NCBI GenBank assembly: GCA_013152715.1
Contig: JAADFU010000094.1
Location: 76,657 to 140,656 of the forward strand
Length of the DNA stretch: 64,000 nucleotides
Direction: 5' to 3'
Source of the DNA: Calditrichota bacterium
GTDB taxonomy: Bacteria > Zhuqueibacterota > Zhuqueibacteria > Thermofontimicrobiales > Thermofontimicrobiaceae
Made by a program: the position numbers and the translations under genes. Below, piece after piece: positions 10,873 through 20,516 of this stretch (its first letter is position 1; every line of letters begins with the position of its first letter). Below the pieces are notes generated by a model. It ran no database searches. It was given only the letters and a program-made list of their open reading frames with translations, and had not been told where the DNA came from.

Positions 10873-12123
10873 CTATTCCGCATTGTTATTTCTGCGAACA
10901 AACCATTTTTCGCCGGCAATCACGCTGATATACACCTTAAAAATCTGTTCTTTTACCGTATTGGTAGTCAATTCGCCGCGCCGGCCGTACTGCAGCGCTA
11001 AATCGACGCGACCCTTGCCGTTATAATAAGGAAATCCGAGTCCGAAAGAAACGCCGTATTCGTTGACAGTTTCGCCGTTTTCGTCTGTGTAATTGAGTTG
11101 CTGCAAAAAATACCCGGCGCGATAGGTCATCTTTTGGTGATATTTTGCCAACATATTAGTCGATGGCAGCATTTCCACGCCGGCGCTGATGCGGAAACGG
11201 TCTTGCAGTTCGCCTGCGACAATGCCGGATCCGTCAAATTTGCTCCACGGATCAGACAGGTAACTGGTCACAAACCGATATTTGTTGCGATACGTGTAGG
11301 ACGTGCCAATTGCCCACATTTCCGGCATGGTCATCTTTTGCTCTTCCGACACATAATCCGCGAGCTTGTTCGGAAACGAGCCTTTTATTGTTCCGAATTG
11401 CGTCTCATCGCGAAACGTCAGGTTGTGCCGCGGAATAAAAAATGCGCCCAAATACAGGGAAGAAATCGGATTGACGTTTGCGCCGAAGGTAAAAGAAGAG
11501 CCCCAGACTTTGCGCGAGATAGCGTCTGAAGTGTCCCAGAACAGATCGGACACATAATCCACACGCCACTTTTTTGTCATTTTCCCGAAATAATAATTGA
11601 AATAAACTCCCAAAGAAACGTTTTTGATCGGCGACAAACCAAAGCCGGCGTGGATTTTATTCAAACCGCCTTCTCCCTCGACTATTTTTGTGTAATGGTA
11701 ATCATCGATAGCGCCGGACACATTGAAAGAGTAGTCAAATTGTGAAAAGGGCGTCAGTCCTGCCGCTACTACAAATCTGTTTGTTTTCAACGGGAACGCG
11801 AGCGATACGCCATTGAAATTGCTGTATTTGGAAAAGCCGCTTCCGGCGTTAGATTTTGACCAAAACGACTGATGGACAAAATCGCCGCTCAATCGAGAAA
11901 GCGTGATGTTCACTAATGTCGCCGGGTTCAGACTATTGATTTGAAAACCGTCGGGCAAGGCGATGTTGGCGCCGCCCAGACCGATTGCCTGAGCGCTGGT
12001 GTAATCGATGCGCTCACCGAATCCGCGGTTGGAAAAAAACGATTGCGCCGTCGCCGGCGAACTGATAGCGATGAAAATTATTCCGATAATGAGAAAAAAT
12101 ATCGTTTTTCGTTTCATTGTCAA
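10873..12123 (-). CDS. FadL/OMPP1-like outer-membrane beta-barrel protein (paralogue 1)
   Basis: Signal peptide, then SAQAIGLGGANIA...NPATL N-terminal signature as in FadL/TodX, beta-rich throughout, C-terminal aromatic-rich strands. Confidence 0.55.
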   Translation of the reverse strand: MTMKRKTIFFLIIGIIFIAISSPATAQSFFSNRGFGERIDYTSAQAIGLGGANIALPDGFQINSLNPATLVNITLSRLSGDFVHQSFWSKSNAGSGFSKYSNFNGVSLAFPLKTNRFVVAAGLTPFSQFDYSFNVSGAIDDYHYTKIVEGEGGLNKIHAGFGLSPIKNVSLGVYFNYYFGKMTKKWRVDYVSDLFWDTSDAISRKVWGSSFTFGANVNPISSLYLGAFFIPRHNLTFRDETQFGTIKGSFPNKLADYVSEEQKMTMPEMWAIGTSYTYRNKYRFVTSYLSDPWSKFDGSGIVAGELQDRFRISAGVEMLPSTNMLAKYHQKMTYRAGYFLQQLNYTDENGETVNEYGVSFGLGFPYYNGKGRVDLALQYGRRGELTTNTVKEQIFKVYISVIAGEKWFVRRNNNAE

Positions 12124-12152
12124 ACTCCGTCTAACTTAAAAGTGGTGCGTCC

Positions 12153-13364
12153 TTAAAATTCATGATTTGCCGGCGTCGTGTAATAGAGATAAATTTTGGG
12201 CTGAAGCGCCGAATCCGCATTGACCGAATAAAATGCGATACGCGCCAGGGTTGTGCCTTCGCTGAATGCCTGCAATTGAAAGCCGTAATTTTCATACTGT
12301 TGCGATATCCACGCCTGTACGGTCGGCGTGATGTCGAACGTGAGCACACTGTCCGCCACTGTTGGGGAGTACGATGCGCTTTGCGGCGTTTCCCACAGCG
12401 AGGCGTCGCCCCAGGGCGAAGTCATGCGATAAATGAGCGCGTTATTTGCGCCTTCAGCATTACGAATGGAATGCGCTGCGTTTGAGGTCAGTTCCAGGAT
12501 AGCGCGATTGATGTGGTAAGTCGTGTCAAATTCAGACAGGTCAAAATCCAGGTAGCTGCGAAACGCCACGCCTCTGCCCATATACAAAAAGTTCGCGTCC
12601 AAAGCGAGGTTTTCCGGTGGATCGAGAAAGATGAATTGATCTTTTGTCGTGTAATAAGTCAATGTGTCTTGCTTATCACCTGTGGAATCTGTGAAATTGT
12701 AAATCAAAGTCATTCTCGGCATGTAAGAAGCTTGCAACGATTCATAGGCGTAAAACACCGCCATGTATTCGGCGCTTTCCGTTTCCAGCCAAAATCCATG
12801 CTGCGCGCCGCTGGAGTCGGTTTTCAGCCATTGATTCACGAGCGTTGTGTCCAACGCAAAACTGATGCCGTTCAACGAGTCGGAATTAATCGTTTGCGTG
12901 GCCAATAGAAAATTGTTATCTGGCAGCGGCGGGTTTTCAGGACCGATGTCTGTGGTGTCCGCTAAATAGATGTTCACAGTCGCCTGCCGGGGTGTGTTCC
13001 AGTAAGTGGTGTCTCCCGGCGCCAGCCGATCCTGAATTTGGAGTTTCAACTCGGCGGAAATCACGTTGATCGTGTCGGGCAAATTGCTGAACTGTAAAAA
13101 AATGCCGCTGTGGTATTGCTCGTACGTTCCCAGCAGCAGATCTGTGCTTTGCGAAGTATCGATTCTTTTGGCTTCGTAAGCACCGCTTTCCGGCGTCGCT
13201 AACAGCGTTTTGTCGGCGATTTCGCCTTCTTGATTGCCGATAATGCGTTGATAACCGTCAGGAAGCGGTTTGTTTTTTTCGCAGCTAGCGACAAGGAGCC
13301 CCAATAACCCAATGAGTAAAATAAAACATCGCGATTGGTTCATCAAATTCCTCTTTGTTTTCAT
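12153..13364 (-). CDS. lipoprotein with two tandem ~190-aa repeats, hypothetical
   Basis: Start refined to MKTKRNLMNQSRCFILLIGLLGLLVASC (lipobox LVASC); two internally similar halves (LKLQIQ.../LELTSN...); immediately upstream of and co-directional with the FadL-like gene. Confidence 0.6.
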   Translation of the reverse strand: MKTKRNLMNQSRCFILLIGLLGLLVASCEKNKPLPDGYQRIIGNQEGEIADKTLLATPESGAYEAKRIDTSQSTDLLLGTYEQYHSGIFLQFSNLPDTINVISAELKLQIQDRLAPGDTTYWNTPRQATVNIYLADTTDIGPENPPLPDNNFLLATQTINSDSLNGISFALDTTLVNQWLKTDSSGAQHGFWLETESAEYMAVFYAYESLQASYMPRMTLIYNFTDSTGDKQDTLTYYTTKDQFIFLDPPENLALDANFLYMGRGVAFRSYLDFDLSEFDTTYHINRAILELTSNAAHSIRNAEGANNALIYRMTSPWGDASLWETPQSASYSPTVADSVLTFDITPTVQAWISQQYENYGFQLQAFSEGTTLARIAFYSVNADSALQPKIYLYYTTPANHEF

Positions 13365-13378
13365 GTCAAAACATCCCT

Positions 13379-14653
13379 TTATCGTTGAACCGAATAATTT
13401 TTTTCCCAGATTACTCTTCCGGATTTTATAACCTGATTCACGTGCGAAACGCCGAAATGATACGGCAAATAGCGGTAATTGGGAATTTCCCACAACGCAA
13501 AATCAGCCTGCGCGCCCGCTTCAATTTTCCCTAATTTTTCTCTGTCAATTGCCTTCGCCGCTGTTGCTGTGGTTGCTGCCCACAACTCTTTTGCGCTCAT
13601 CTTCATGTAAATGGAGGCAATGGTCATCATCAGCGGCAAAGATTGCGTCATGCAACTACCGGGATTGAAATCCGTGGCAATGGCTACTAGCGCGCCAGCG
13701 TCGAGCATTTTTCTCGCCGGCGCGTAGCGATTCAATCCCAGAAAAAACACGGCGCCTGGCAGCAAAACGGGCACGGTATTGCTATTCTTCAGCAGTCCAA
13801 TGACCTCGTCGCTGACATAATCGAGGTGGTCCGCAGAAATCGCATTTAATCGCGCCGCCAGTGCAGCGCCACCGCTGGAACTGAGTTGATCGGCATGAAT
13901 CTTCAATTTCAGCCCGGCATCGAGCGCCGCCGATAAAATTTTCTCTGTTTCTCTTAAATTAAAGACGTGTTCTTCGCAAAAAATGTCGCAAAATTCCGCC
14001 AGGTTTTCTTCGACGACGCGGGGAATCATTTCTTCGATGATCAACTGAATATATTTTTCCCGCTGATTGCGGTATTCATCGGGAATCTCATGGGCGCCCA
14101 AAAAAGTCGGAATCAAATCCAGCGGGTGGATGTCATTCAATTTTTTAATCGCCTGAAGCGATTTGATTTCATCTTCCAGCGACAGACCGTAACCACTTTT
14201 CGCCTCGATGGTTGTGGTGCCGCATTCCACGAATTGATCCAAATAGGGAAGGGCGTGTTCCACAAGTTCGTCTGTGGACGCTTTTCTCAATTGCCGTACC
14301 GAATAGCGAATGCCGCCCCCGGCTTTGGCGATTTCAGCGTAAGTTTTTCCCTGATTGCGCTGTTCGAATTCATGTTCGCGTGTGCCAAAAAACACCGGAT
14401 GCGTGTGCGCGTCAACGAGACCGGGCGACACGACAAATTCCCTGGCATCAATAACATGAGTTTCCGGCGAAAGTGTAATTTCAGCCAAAACCTCTTTTGT
14501 CGAGCCGAACGCCGCTATTTCGCCAGCGACACACGCCACGGCGCCGTCAGGAATAATTTTGAATTTGCTTTCATCAGTCGGCTTGTCAGCAGGACAGATG
14601 AGTTCCCGGGCGCTTTTTATCAAAAGATCGGGTTTAATTGTTTTTTCCGCCAT
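13379..14653 (-). CDS. hutI: imidazolonepropionase (amidohydrolase superfamily)
   Basis: VDAHTHPVFFGTREHEF...GGGIRYSV and downstream metal-binding His/Asp pattern characteristic of HutI; 424 aa. Confidence 0.85.
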   Translation of the reverse strand: MAEKTIKPDLLIKSARELICPADKPTDESKFKIIPDGAVACVAGEIAAFGSTKEVLAEITLSPETHVIDAREFVVSPGLVDAHTHPVFFGTREHEFEQRNQGKTYAEIAKAGGGIRYSVRQLRKASTDELVEHALPYLDQFVECGTTTIEAKSGYGLSLEDEIKSLQAIKKLNDIHPLDLIPTFLGAHEIPDEYRNQREKYIQLIIEEMIPRVVEENLAEFCDIFCEEHVFNLRETEKILSAALDAGLKLKIHADQLSSSGGAALAARLNAISADHLDYVSDEVIGLLKNSNTVPVLLPGAVFFLGLNRYAPARKMLDAGALVAIATDFNPGSCMTQSLPLMMTIASIYMKMSAKELWAATTATAAKAIDREKLGKIEAGAQADFALWEIPNYRYLPYHFGVSHVNQVIKSGRVIWEKNYSVQR

Positions 14654-15148
14654 GAGTGGGTTACATTCTTATTTGAAAAAGCCACGCCAATATAATGAAA
14701 ATTTCAGTGAAATGCCAATAAAAAAATGTGTTTTTCTCAAACAAAACTTTAACTCGCCACTGAGAAGTTTGTTTCATTAGTAAAATGATTTTGCAAACGG
14801 GAAAACAGCGGCTGATAAAACAATGCTCGTCAACTTTTCATATTTTATATTGACTTTTTGATTTAATTTTGTTATCTTAAATTTCTTGAACATTTACAGA
14901 AAGTTAGCAAACGGGGGCGTGCAAAAGGCGGATTATCAGAGCTTATTTTAGAGTAACGACGTCGGAATTGTCTGGCAGATTTTGAGAAAATTGTCAACCA
15001 AAGCCGACGGACGAATTATTTTCATTATTCGGGCGGCATAAAAAAATTGCGCTAATTGCCATTAGCAAAAAAATAATTTGGAAATCCAAAGCCGGGTCGA
15101 ATGCGAAACTCGATTGTAATCGATGAACGGTTCTTAAGGAGGATAACC

Positions 15149-15439
15149 GTGACTAAAGCCGACATCGTCGATATTATTGCCGAGGGAACGGGTTTAACAA
15201 AATTGGAGACGGCTGCTGTGGTTGATGGAGTGATTGCCACGATAAGCTATGCCCTAAAAAAAGGCGAGCCCGTGGATTTGCGTGGTTTCGGTCGCTTTCA
15301 CACTGTGCTGCGTGCGCCGCGCAAGGGAAGAAATCCCAAGACCGGCGAGGAAGTTGACATTCCGTCCCGTCGTATGCCAGTATTCCGCGTCTCCAAACAG
15401 TTGCGTGATTTTGTGAATGCGCCTGACGATGAGTTGTAA
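15149..15439 (+). CDS. hup: DNA-binding protein HU
   Basis: GFGRFHTVLRAPRKGRNPKTGEEVDIPSRRMPVF HU/IHF arm motif; start refined to the GTG at 15149 preceded by AAGGAGG. Confidence 0.85.
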   Translation: MTKADIVDIIAEGTGLTKLETAAVVDGVIATISYALKKGEPVDLRGFGRFHTVLRAPRKGRNPKTGEEVDIPSRRMPVFRVSKQLRDFVNAPDDEL

Positions 15440-15473
15440 AAATTTTAGTTGCCTTGAAAAATAACAGAATTGC

Positions 15474-16238
15474 ATGAATTTAGTTAAACGGCTGAAACAA
15501 TTTGGCAAGACGGCGTCTGACGATCGTGGTGCCTATCAGAATTATCAAAATAGAATCGGTGAATATTATTTAACCCATTTTGTACGAAAATTTTCCACGG
15601 GTAAAAAAGTATTGGACATTGGCTGCGCCGAGGGCGGCGTGTTGGTGCCGTTTCAGCGGGCTGGTTTTCAATGCGCCGGTCTGGAATACAGCGAGCATCG
15701 GGTGCGTTTTGCTCGTGAGCATAGCCCGTCGGACATTCGGTTTTTTCACGGGAATATCGAAGAATTCCATCCGGACGAAAAATTTGATGTGATTTTGATG
15801 CTCGACGTCATTGAGCATCTGCAGCGCAAGCGGCAGGCGCTGGAAAACCTGCAAGCCATGCTGCAGCCGCACGGTTCTCTGATCATTGCATTCCCGCCGT
15901 TTAAATCGGCGTTTGGCGGACACCAGCAGGTGATGAGTTCGATTTTACAGTTCATCCCGTTTCTGCATTTGCTGCCTGAAAAAATTTATCGCTGGTTATT
16001 GGAACACGTGGAGCGCAAAAACGTTGAATCACATTTCCGTAACTACCAGACTGGTCTGACGATTGCCGAGTTCGAAAAATTAGCCCCAAAAGCCGGCTTT
16101 TGCATCATCGAACGCACTTTCCACATTGTTCGCCCGCGGCAAGCGTTTCGTTTTGGCATCAAAATGCGGGAAAATCGCTGCCCTATTTGCCGGGAATTTT
16201 TGAGTTCGGGAGCGATTTATGTGCTTGGTTTAGCCTGA
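15474..16238 (+). CDS. class I SAM-dependent methyltransferase
   Basis: VLDIGCAEGG (motif I), LDVIEHL (motif II-like) and a Rossmann layout. Confidence 0.75.
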   Translation: MNLVKRLKQFGKTASDDRGAYQNYQNRIGEYYLTHFVRKFSTGKKVLDIGCAEGGVLVPFQRAGFQCAGLEYSEHRVRFAREHSPSDIRFFHGNIEEFHPDEKFDVILMLDVIEHLQRKRQALENLQAMLQPHGSLIIAFPPFKSAFGGHQQVMSSILQFIPFLHLLPEKIYRWLLEHVERKNVESHFRNYQTGLTIAEFEKLAPKAGFCIIERTFHIVRPRQAFRFGIKMRENRCPICREFLSSGAIYVLGLA

Positions 16239-16306
16239 GCGTTGAATTGAAATAAATTTAATTGAATACATTAAAGGACAGATGTTACCGTTAAGGAGGT
16301 GGAGAA

Positions 16307-16402
16307 ATGCCGAGCGGAAAAAAGAGAAAAAGAGCGAAGATTGCGACGCATAAAAGGAAAAAAAGACTCAGAAAAGATCGCCACAAAAAGAAAAACCGCT
16401 AA
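16307..16402 (+). CDS. 31-aa highly basic (Lys/Arg-rich) small protein, ribosomal-protein-like; absent from the ORF track
   Basis: AAGGAGGTGGAGAA RBS 6 nt before ATG; MPSGKKRKRAKIATHKRKKRLRKDRHKKKNR*; codons verified base by base. Confidence 0.6.
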   Translation: MPSGKKRKRAKIATHKRKKRLRKDRHKKKNR

Positions 16403-16622
16403 TTGATGGTATATTTGGTGACTGAGATTTTGATTTGCACAGGAATTTAATCCGGAAATTGGGTGGCGTAACGAAGTTTTAAACGAAATTTTTTGTCGGT
16501 CGAAAAAAATGCAGGCCTGACGAATGAAAGCCATATCATCGCACAATTCAATGGATAATTTTTTCCAGTCTGATTTCTTTGAATCCAATGCAAGCGAATT
16601 CTCATTTGAAATTTTAAACATG

Positions 16623-16653
16623 AAAGAGGTATGTTGAGTACCTCTTTTCATTT
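16623..16653 (+). terminator. terminator-like hairpin (9-bp stem aaagaggta/tacctcttt, then a T-tract)
   Basis: Perfect 9-bp stem, 7-nt loop, followed by ttttcattta; lies 220 nt downstream of the small basic gene. Confidence 0.4.
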
Positions 16654-16704
16654 ATATACCTGAAAAGCGTGAAAAGTTAATTACCGCGATTAAAATGAAA
16701 GTTA

Positions 16705-17982
16705 ATGTTGCCGATGTTTGATGAATTTCCTGACATATCAGGCGGCGCTGTTTACACCGTGTCGCAGTTGAATCAGGAGATAAAAATGCTCCTGGAGACA
16801 ACGATTCCGGTGATCTGGTTGGAAGGTGAGATTTCCAATTTGAAATTTCATTCTTCGGGTCATGTCTATTTTTCGCTGAAAGACAGGGATTCGCAGATTC
16901 CGGCAGTGATGTGGCGCTCAAGGAAAGAGCGTCTTGCTTTTACGCCGCAAGACGGCATGAAAGTGCTTGCTCTGGGTCGCGTGGCTGTGTTTCACAAGCG
17001 AGGTTATTACCAATTCGATGTGATGAAATTGCGTCCGGCCGGAGTGGGTGAACTTCAGTTGGCTTTTGAGCAATTGAAAAACAGACTTAAGGCTGAGGGT
17101 CTATTCGATCAGGCGCAAAAAAAGCCGATTCCGCGTTTCCCGCGCAGAATAGGCATTGTGACTTCGCCGACGGGCGCTGCGATTCGCGATTTGTATCAGG
17201 TGCTGAATCGCCGTTTTTCGGGTGTGGAAGTGATTCTTTTTCCGGTGAAAGTTCAGGGCGAGGGCGCTGCTGCAGAAATCGCCGCAGCCATTGATATTTT
17301 CAACGAATACGGCAAGGTGGATGTTTTAATTGTCGGTCGCGGCGGTGGGTCTCTGGAAGATTTGTGGGCGTTTAACGAAGAGGAAGTGGCGCGCGCCATT
17401 TTTCGCTCGAAAATTCCAGTCATCTCTGCCGTCGGACACGAGATCGATTTCACGATTTCGGATTTCGTCGCTGATCTGCGCGCTCCCACGCCGTCGGCAG
17501 CCGCGGAATTGGCAGTTCCCGACCGCGAAGAATTGCTGAGCAGAATTCACAATCTCCGACAACGGATGCAGCAAACCTCTCGCCAGCGGTTACAATTTGA
17601 GCGCGATCGTCTCAGCCGTTTGACCGGCAGTTACAGTTTTCGGCGCGCGCCGGATATGCTGCGCGAACACAAGTTGCATCTGGATGAGCTGCTCAATTCC
17701 CTGCAGCGGAGTGTGCAGCATCGGATTTCCATGTTGAAAACTCAGGTTTCTTCGACCGGGCGGCGTTTGCGGACGCTGTCTCCGATTCATGTTTTGAAAC
17801 GCGGCTACAGCATTTGCCAGAAATCCGACAACGGAAAAGTCGTCCGGCAATTTGATGAATTGGCTGCGGGCGAGCCGGTACAACTGCTTTTTTATCGAGG
17901 AAGCGCACAGGCCGTGGTTGAAAAAATATCAAAGACGAATGCGTTGGAGAAACTTCAACAGCGATTTGCCCAAAATGAGTAA
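16705..17982 (+). CDS. xseA: exodeoxyribonuclease VII large subunit
   Basis: N-terminal OB fold (VYTVSQLNQEIK...WLEGEISNLK) plus long C-terminal helical region; followed by xseB. Confidence 0.9.
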   Translation: MLPMFDEFPDISGGAVYTVSQLNQEIKMLLETTIPVIWLEGEISNLKFHSSGHVYFSLKDRDSQIPAVMWRSRKERLAFTPQDGMKVLALGRVAVFHKRGYYQFDVMKLRPAGVGELQLAFEQLKNRLKAEGLFDQAQKKPIPRFPRRIGIVTSPTGAAIRDLYQVLNRRFSGVEVILFPVKVQGEGAAAEIAAAIDIFNEYGKVDVLIVGRGGGSLEDLWAFNEEEVARAIFRSKIPVISAVGHEIDFTISDFVADLRAPTPSAAAELAVPDREELLSRIHNLRQRMQQTSRQRLQFERDRLSRLTGSYSFRRAPDMLREHKLHLDELLNSLQRSVQHRISMLKTQVSSTGRRLRTLSPIHVLKRGYSICQKSDNGKVVRQFDELAAGEPVQLLFYRGSAQAVVEKISKTNALEKLQQRFAQNE

Positions 17983-18032
17983 AATTTTATTTTGCTGAAA
18001 TTATAAAATGTTCCAAAAGGGAGAAAGACGAG

Positions 18033-18245
18033 ATGGCGGAAAAAACTTTTGAACAAGCCATGGAAAAATTGGAAAAAATTGTGAGCGAATTAGAAACTGG
18101 CGATTTAACTTTGGATGAAACTGTCCGCAAGTTTGAAGAAGGCATGAAGCTGGCGGATTTTTGCACGGAAAAGTTGAATCAAGTCGAACAAAAATTGAAA
18201 AAATTGGTTAAAAACGAGAATGGCATCGCAGAGGAAATTTTTTAG
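18033..18245 (+). CDS. xseB: exodeoxyribonuclease VII small subunit
   Basis: 70-aa helical protein with FEQAMEKLEKIV...LDE motif; xseA-xseB-dxs synteny. Confidence 0.9.
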   Translation: MAEKTFEQAMEKLEKIVSELETGDLTLDETVRKFEEGMKLADFCTEKLNQVEQKLKKLVKNENGIAEEIF

Positions 18246-18258
18246 ATAAGAGGCTTTC

Positions 18259-20202
18259 ATGAACAATTTATTGGACAAAATCGATTCGCCGGAAGATCTG
18301 AAAAAATTATCCATTCCGGAATTGGCTAATTTATGTCGGGAGATGCGCGAATTTCTCATTAATAGCCTGTCCAGGACTGGCGGTCATCTGGCGCCGAGTC
18401 TGGGGGTCGTGGAATTGACGCTGGTGTTACATTATGTTTTTGATTCTCCGCGCGACAAAATTGTCTGGGATGTGGGACATCAGGCGTACGTCCACAAGAT
18501 TTTGACCGGCAGGAGAGACCAGTTCCACACTATTCGTCAATTCAAAGGAATCAGCGGCTTTCCGAACATTTTCGAGAGCGAGTATGATTGTTTTGGCACA
18601 GGACACGCGAGCACGGCGATTTCAGCCGCTTTGGGAATGGCGACGGCTCGCGACCTGCAACTTTTAAATAATCACGTCGTTGCCGTTGTCGGCGACGGCG
18701 CGCTCACCGGCGGTCTGGCGCTGGAAGGTCTGAACAATGCCGGCGCTTCCGGGAGGAATCTTATTGTCATTTTAAATGATAATAAAATGTCCATTTCCAA
18801 AAATGTCGGTGCGCTGTCGAAGTATCTGACGACAATTATTACCGCGCAAAGTTACAATAAATTGAAAAATGAAATCTGGGAAATTACAGGAAGGCTGGCT
18901 TCTTTTGGTGAAAAGCTGCGTTCGGCAGTGGGGCGTCTGGATGAAAGTTTGAAGTCCATTTTGGTGCCGGGTCTTCTTTTTGAACGGCTTGGTTTTCGCT
19001 ATTTTGGACCGGTGGACGGTCACAATATTTCCCGGTTGATGCATGTGTTGCGAGCGGCGAAACGGTTGAAAGGCCCGATTTTGATTCATGTCATGACGAC
19101 AAAAGGCAAGGGCTACCAACTGGCGGAAGAAAACGCGCCAAAATTTCACGGTCTGGGTGCGTTTGACAAGACCACAGGCGAGTCCGTGAAAAAGAGCGCG
19201 CTTCCTTCTTACAGCAAAGTATTCGGCGAGACGTTGGTCGATTTGGCTCAAAAAAATGACAAATTAGTAGCTATCACCGCCGCCATGTCGCTGGGCACGG
19301 GACTGGTTCCTTTTGCGGAGAAACACCCTGACCGGTTTTTTGACGTTGGCATTGCGGAGGGACATGGCGTGACGTTCGCCGCCGGTTTGGCGACGCAAGG
19401 ATTGCGGCCCGTCGTCGCCATCTATTCTACATTTCTGCAGCGCGGATTTGATTCCATCATTCATGATGTTGCGCTGCAAAAATTGCCGGTGATTTTTGCG
19501 CTGGATCGTGCCGGCTTGGTCGGCGATGATGGTCCCACGCATCATGGTGTTTTTGATCTGAGCTATTTGCGCGTTATTCCGAATATGGTTGTCATGTCGC
19601 CAAAAGACGAGGCTGAGCTCAAAAATATGCTCTACACCGCGACAAAATACACAAAAGGCCCCATCGCCGTCCGTTATCCGAGAGGCGTCGGGATCGGAGT
19701 TTCGCTCGATTCTCCGTACCATGAATTGCCAATCGGAAAAGCAGAAACGCTGAAAAAAGGCAGCGACGCGCTCATCGCTGCGATCGGGCCAATGGTGTAT
19801 CACGCACTTGAAGCGAGCAAAAAATTGGCAAACAAAGGAATCAGCGTGGAAGTTATTAACGCGCGATTTGTCAAACCCCTGGATGAGGCTTTATTCAAAA
19901 AGAAATTTAAACATTTTGAGCATATTTTTACGCTGGAGGACAACACTGTTGTCGGTGGTTTCGGGAGCGCCCTGGAAGAATTGCTGCTGAGCACTGAAAG
20001 TTATCACAACGTGACAATTCACCGGCTCGGCGTGCCGGATCATTTTGTGGAGCATGGTACTCAAAATGAATTGTACCAAATCTGCGGAATGGATGTGGAT
20101 TCTATTGCTGAAGTCATAGTCAGCAAAATATCCGGCCATCACCGACGAAAGATGAATCTTCGTCGTTTGTTCAGCGCTAACGGCTCTCGCGAAGGTGCTT
20201 GA
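18259..20202 (+). CDS. dxs: 1-deoxy-D-xylulose-5-phosphate synthase
   Basis: TPP-binding GDGALTGG, GHxSTSxSA motif and transketolase-like C-terminus; 647 aa. Confidence 0.95.
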   Translation: MNNLLDKIDSPEDLKKLSIPELANLCREMREFLINSLSRTGGHLAPSLGVVELTLVLHYVFDSPRDKIVWDVGHQAYVHKILTGRRDQFHTIRQFKGISGFPNIFESEYDCFGTGHASTAISAALGMATARDLQLLNNHVVAVVGDGALTGGLALEGLNNAGASGRNLIVILNDNKMSISKNVGALSKYLTTIITAQSYNKLKNEIWEITGRLASFGEKLRSAVGRLDESLKSILVPGLLFERLGFRYFGPVDGHNISRLMHVLRAAKRLKGPILIHVMTTKGKGYQLAEENAPKFHGLGAFDKTTGESVKKSALPSYSKVFGETLVDLAQKNDKLVAITAAMSLGTGLVPFAEKHPDRFFDVGIAEGHGVTFAAGLATQGLRPVVAIYSTFLQRGFDSIIHDVALQKLPVIFALDRAGLVGDDGPTHHGVFDLSYLRVIPNMVVMSPKDEAELKNMLYTATKYTKGPIAVRYPRGVGIGVSLDSPYHELPIGKAETLKKGSDALIAAIGPMVYHALEASKKLANKGISVEVINARFVKPLDEALFKKKFKHFEHIFTLEDNTVVGGFGSALEELLLSTESYHNVTIHRLGVPDHFVEHGTQNELYQICGMDVDSIAEVIVSKISGHHRRKMNLRRLFSANGSREGA

Positions 20203-20516
20203 AAAAGTGGGGCGGATTAGTTTCACGGATTCAGAGATAAATTTTATTTTGCGTTGAATGGTTGAGTTCATGCCAAAAATTGCTAATTGCACAATTTTAA
20301 CTCTTTTAATTTCAACAAAATCAATTAGTTGAAACTTGTAACAGAGGCTTTTTGAAGCTCATGGTTTCCAATATCAAATTTGTTCAAAGATGGTATTATT
20401 TCAAAGAATCTTTGTGTTTTTTGTTTCTTTACGGCTTGTAATTTTGATTTGCAGAGTTCCATTTCTGCTCAGCAATCTCTTCGGCAAAACATAAATGAAA
20501 AGCGGAGCCTGAATTT

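Noticed and set aside
16271-16921. Minus-strand ORFs 16271-16651 and 16652-16921
   Set aside because: They overlap the RBS-supported small basic gene, the terminator hairpin and the xseA start, and have no features of their own.
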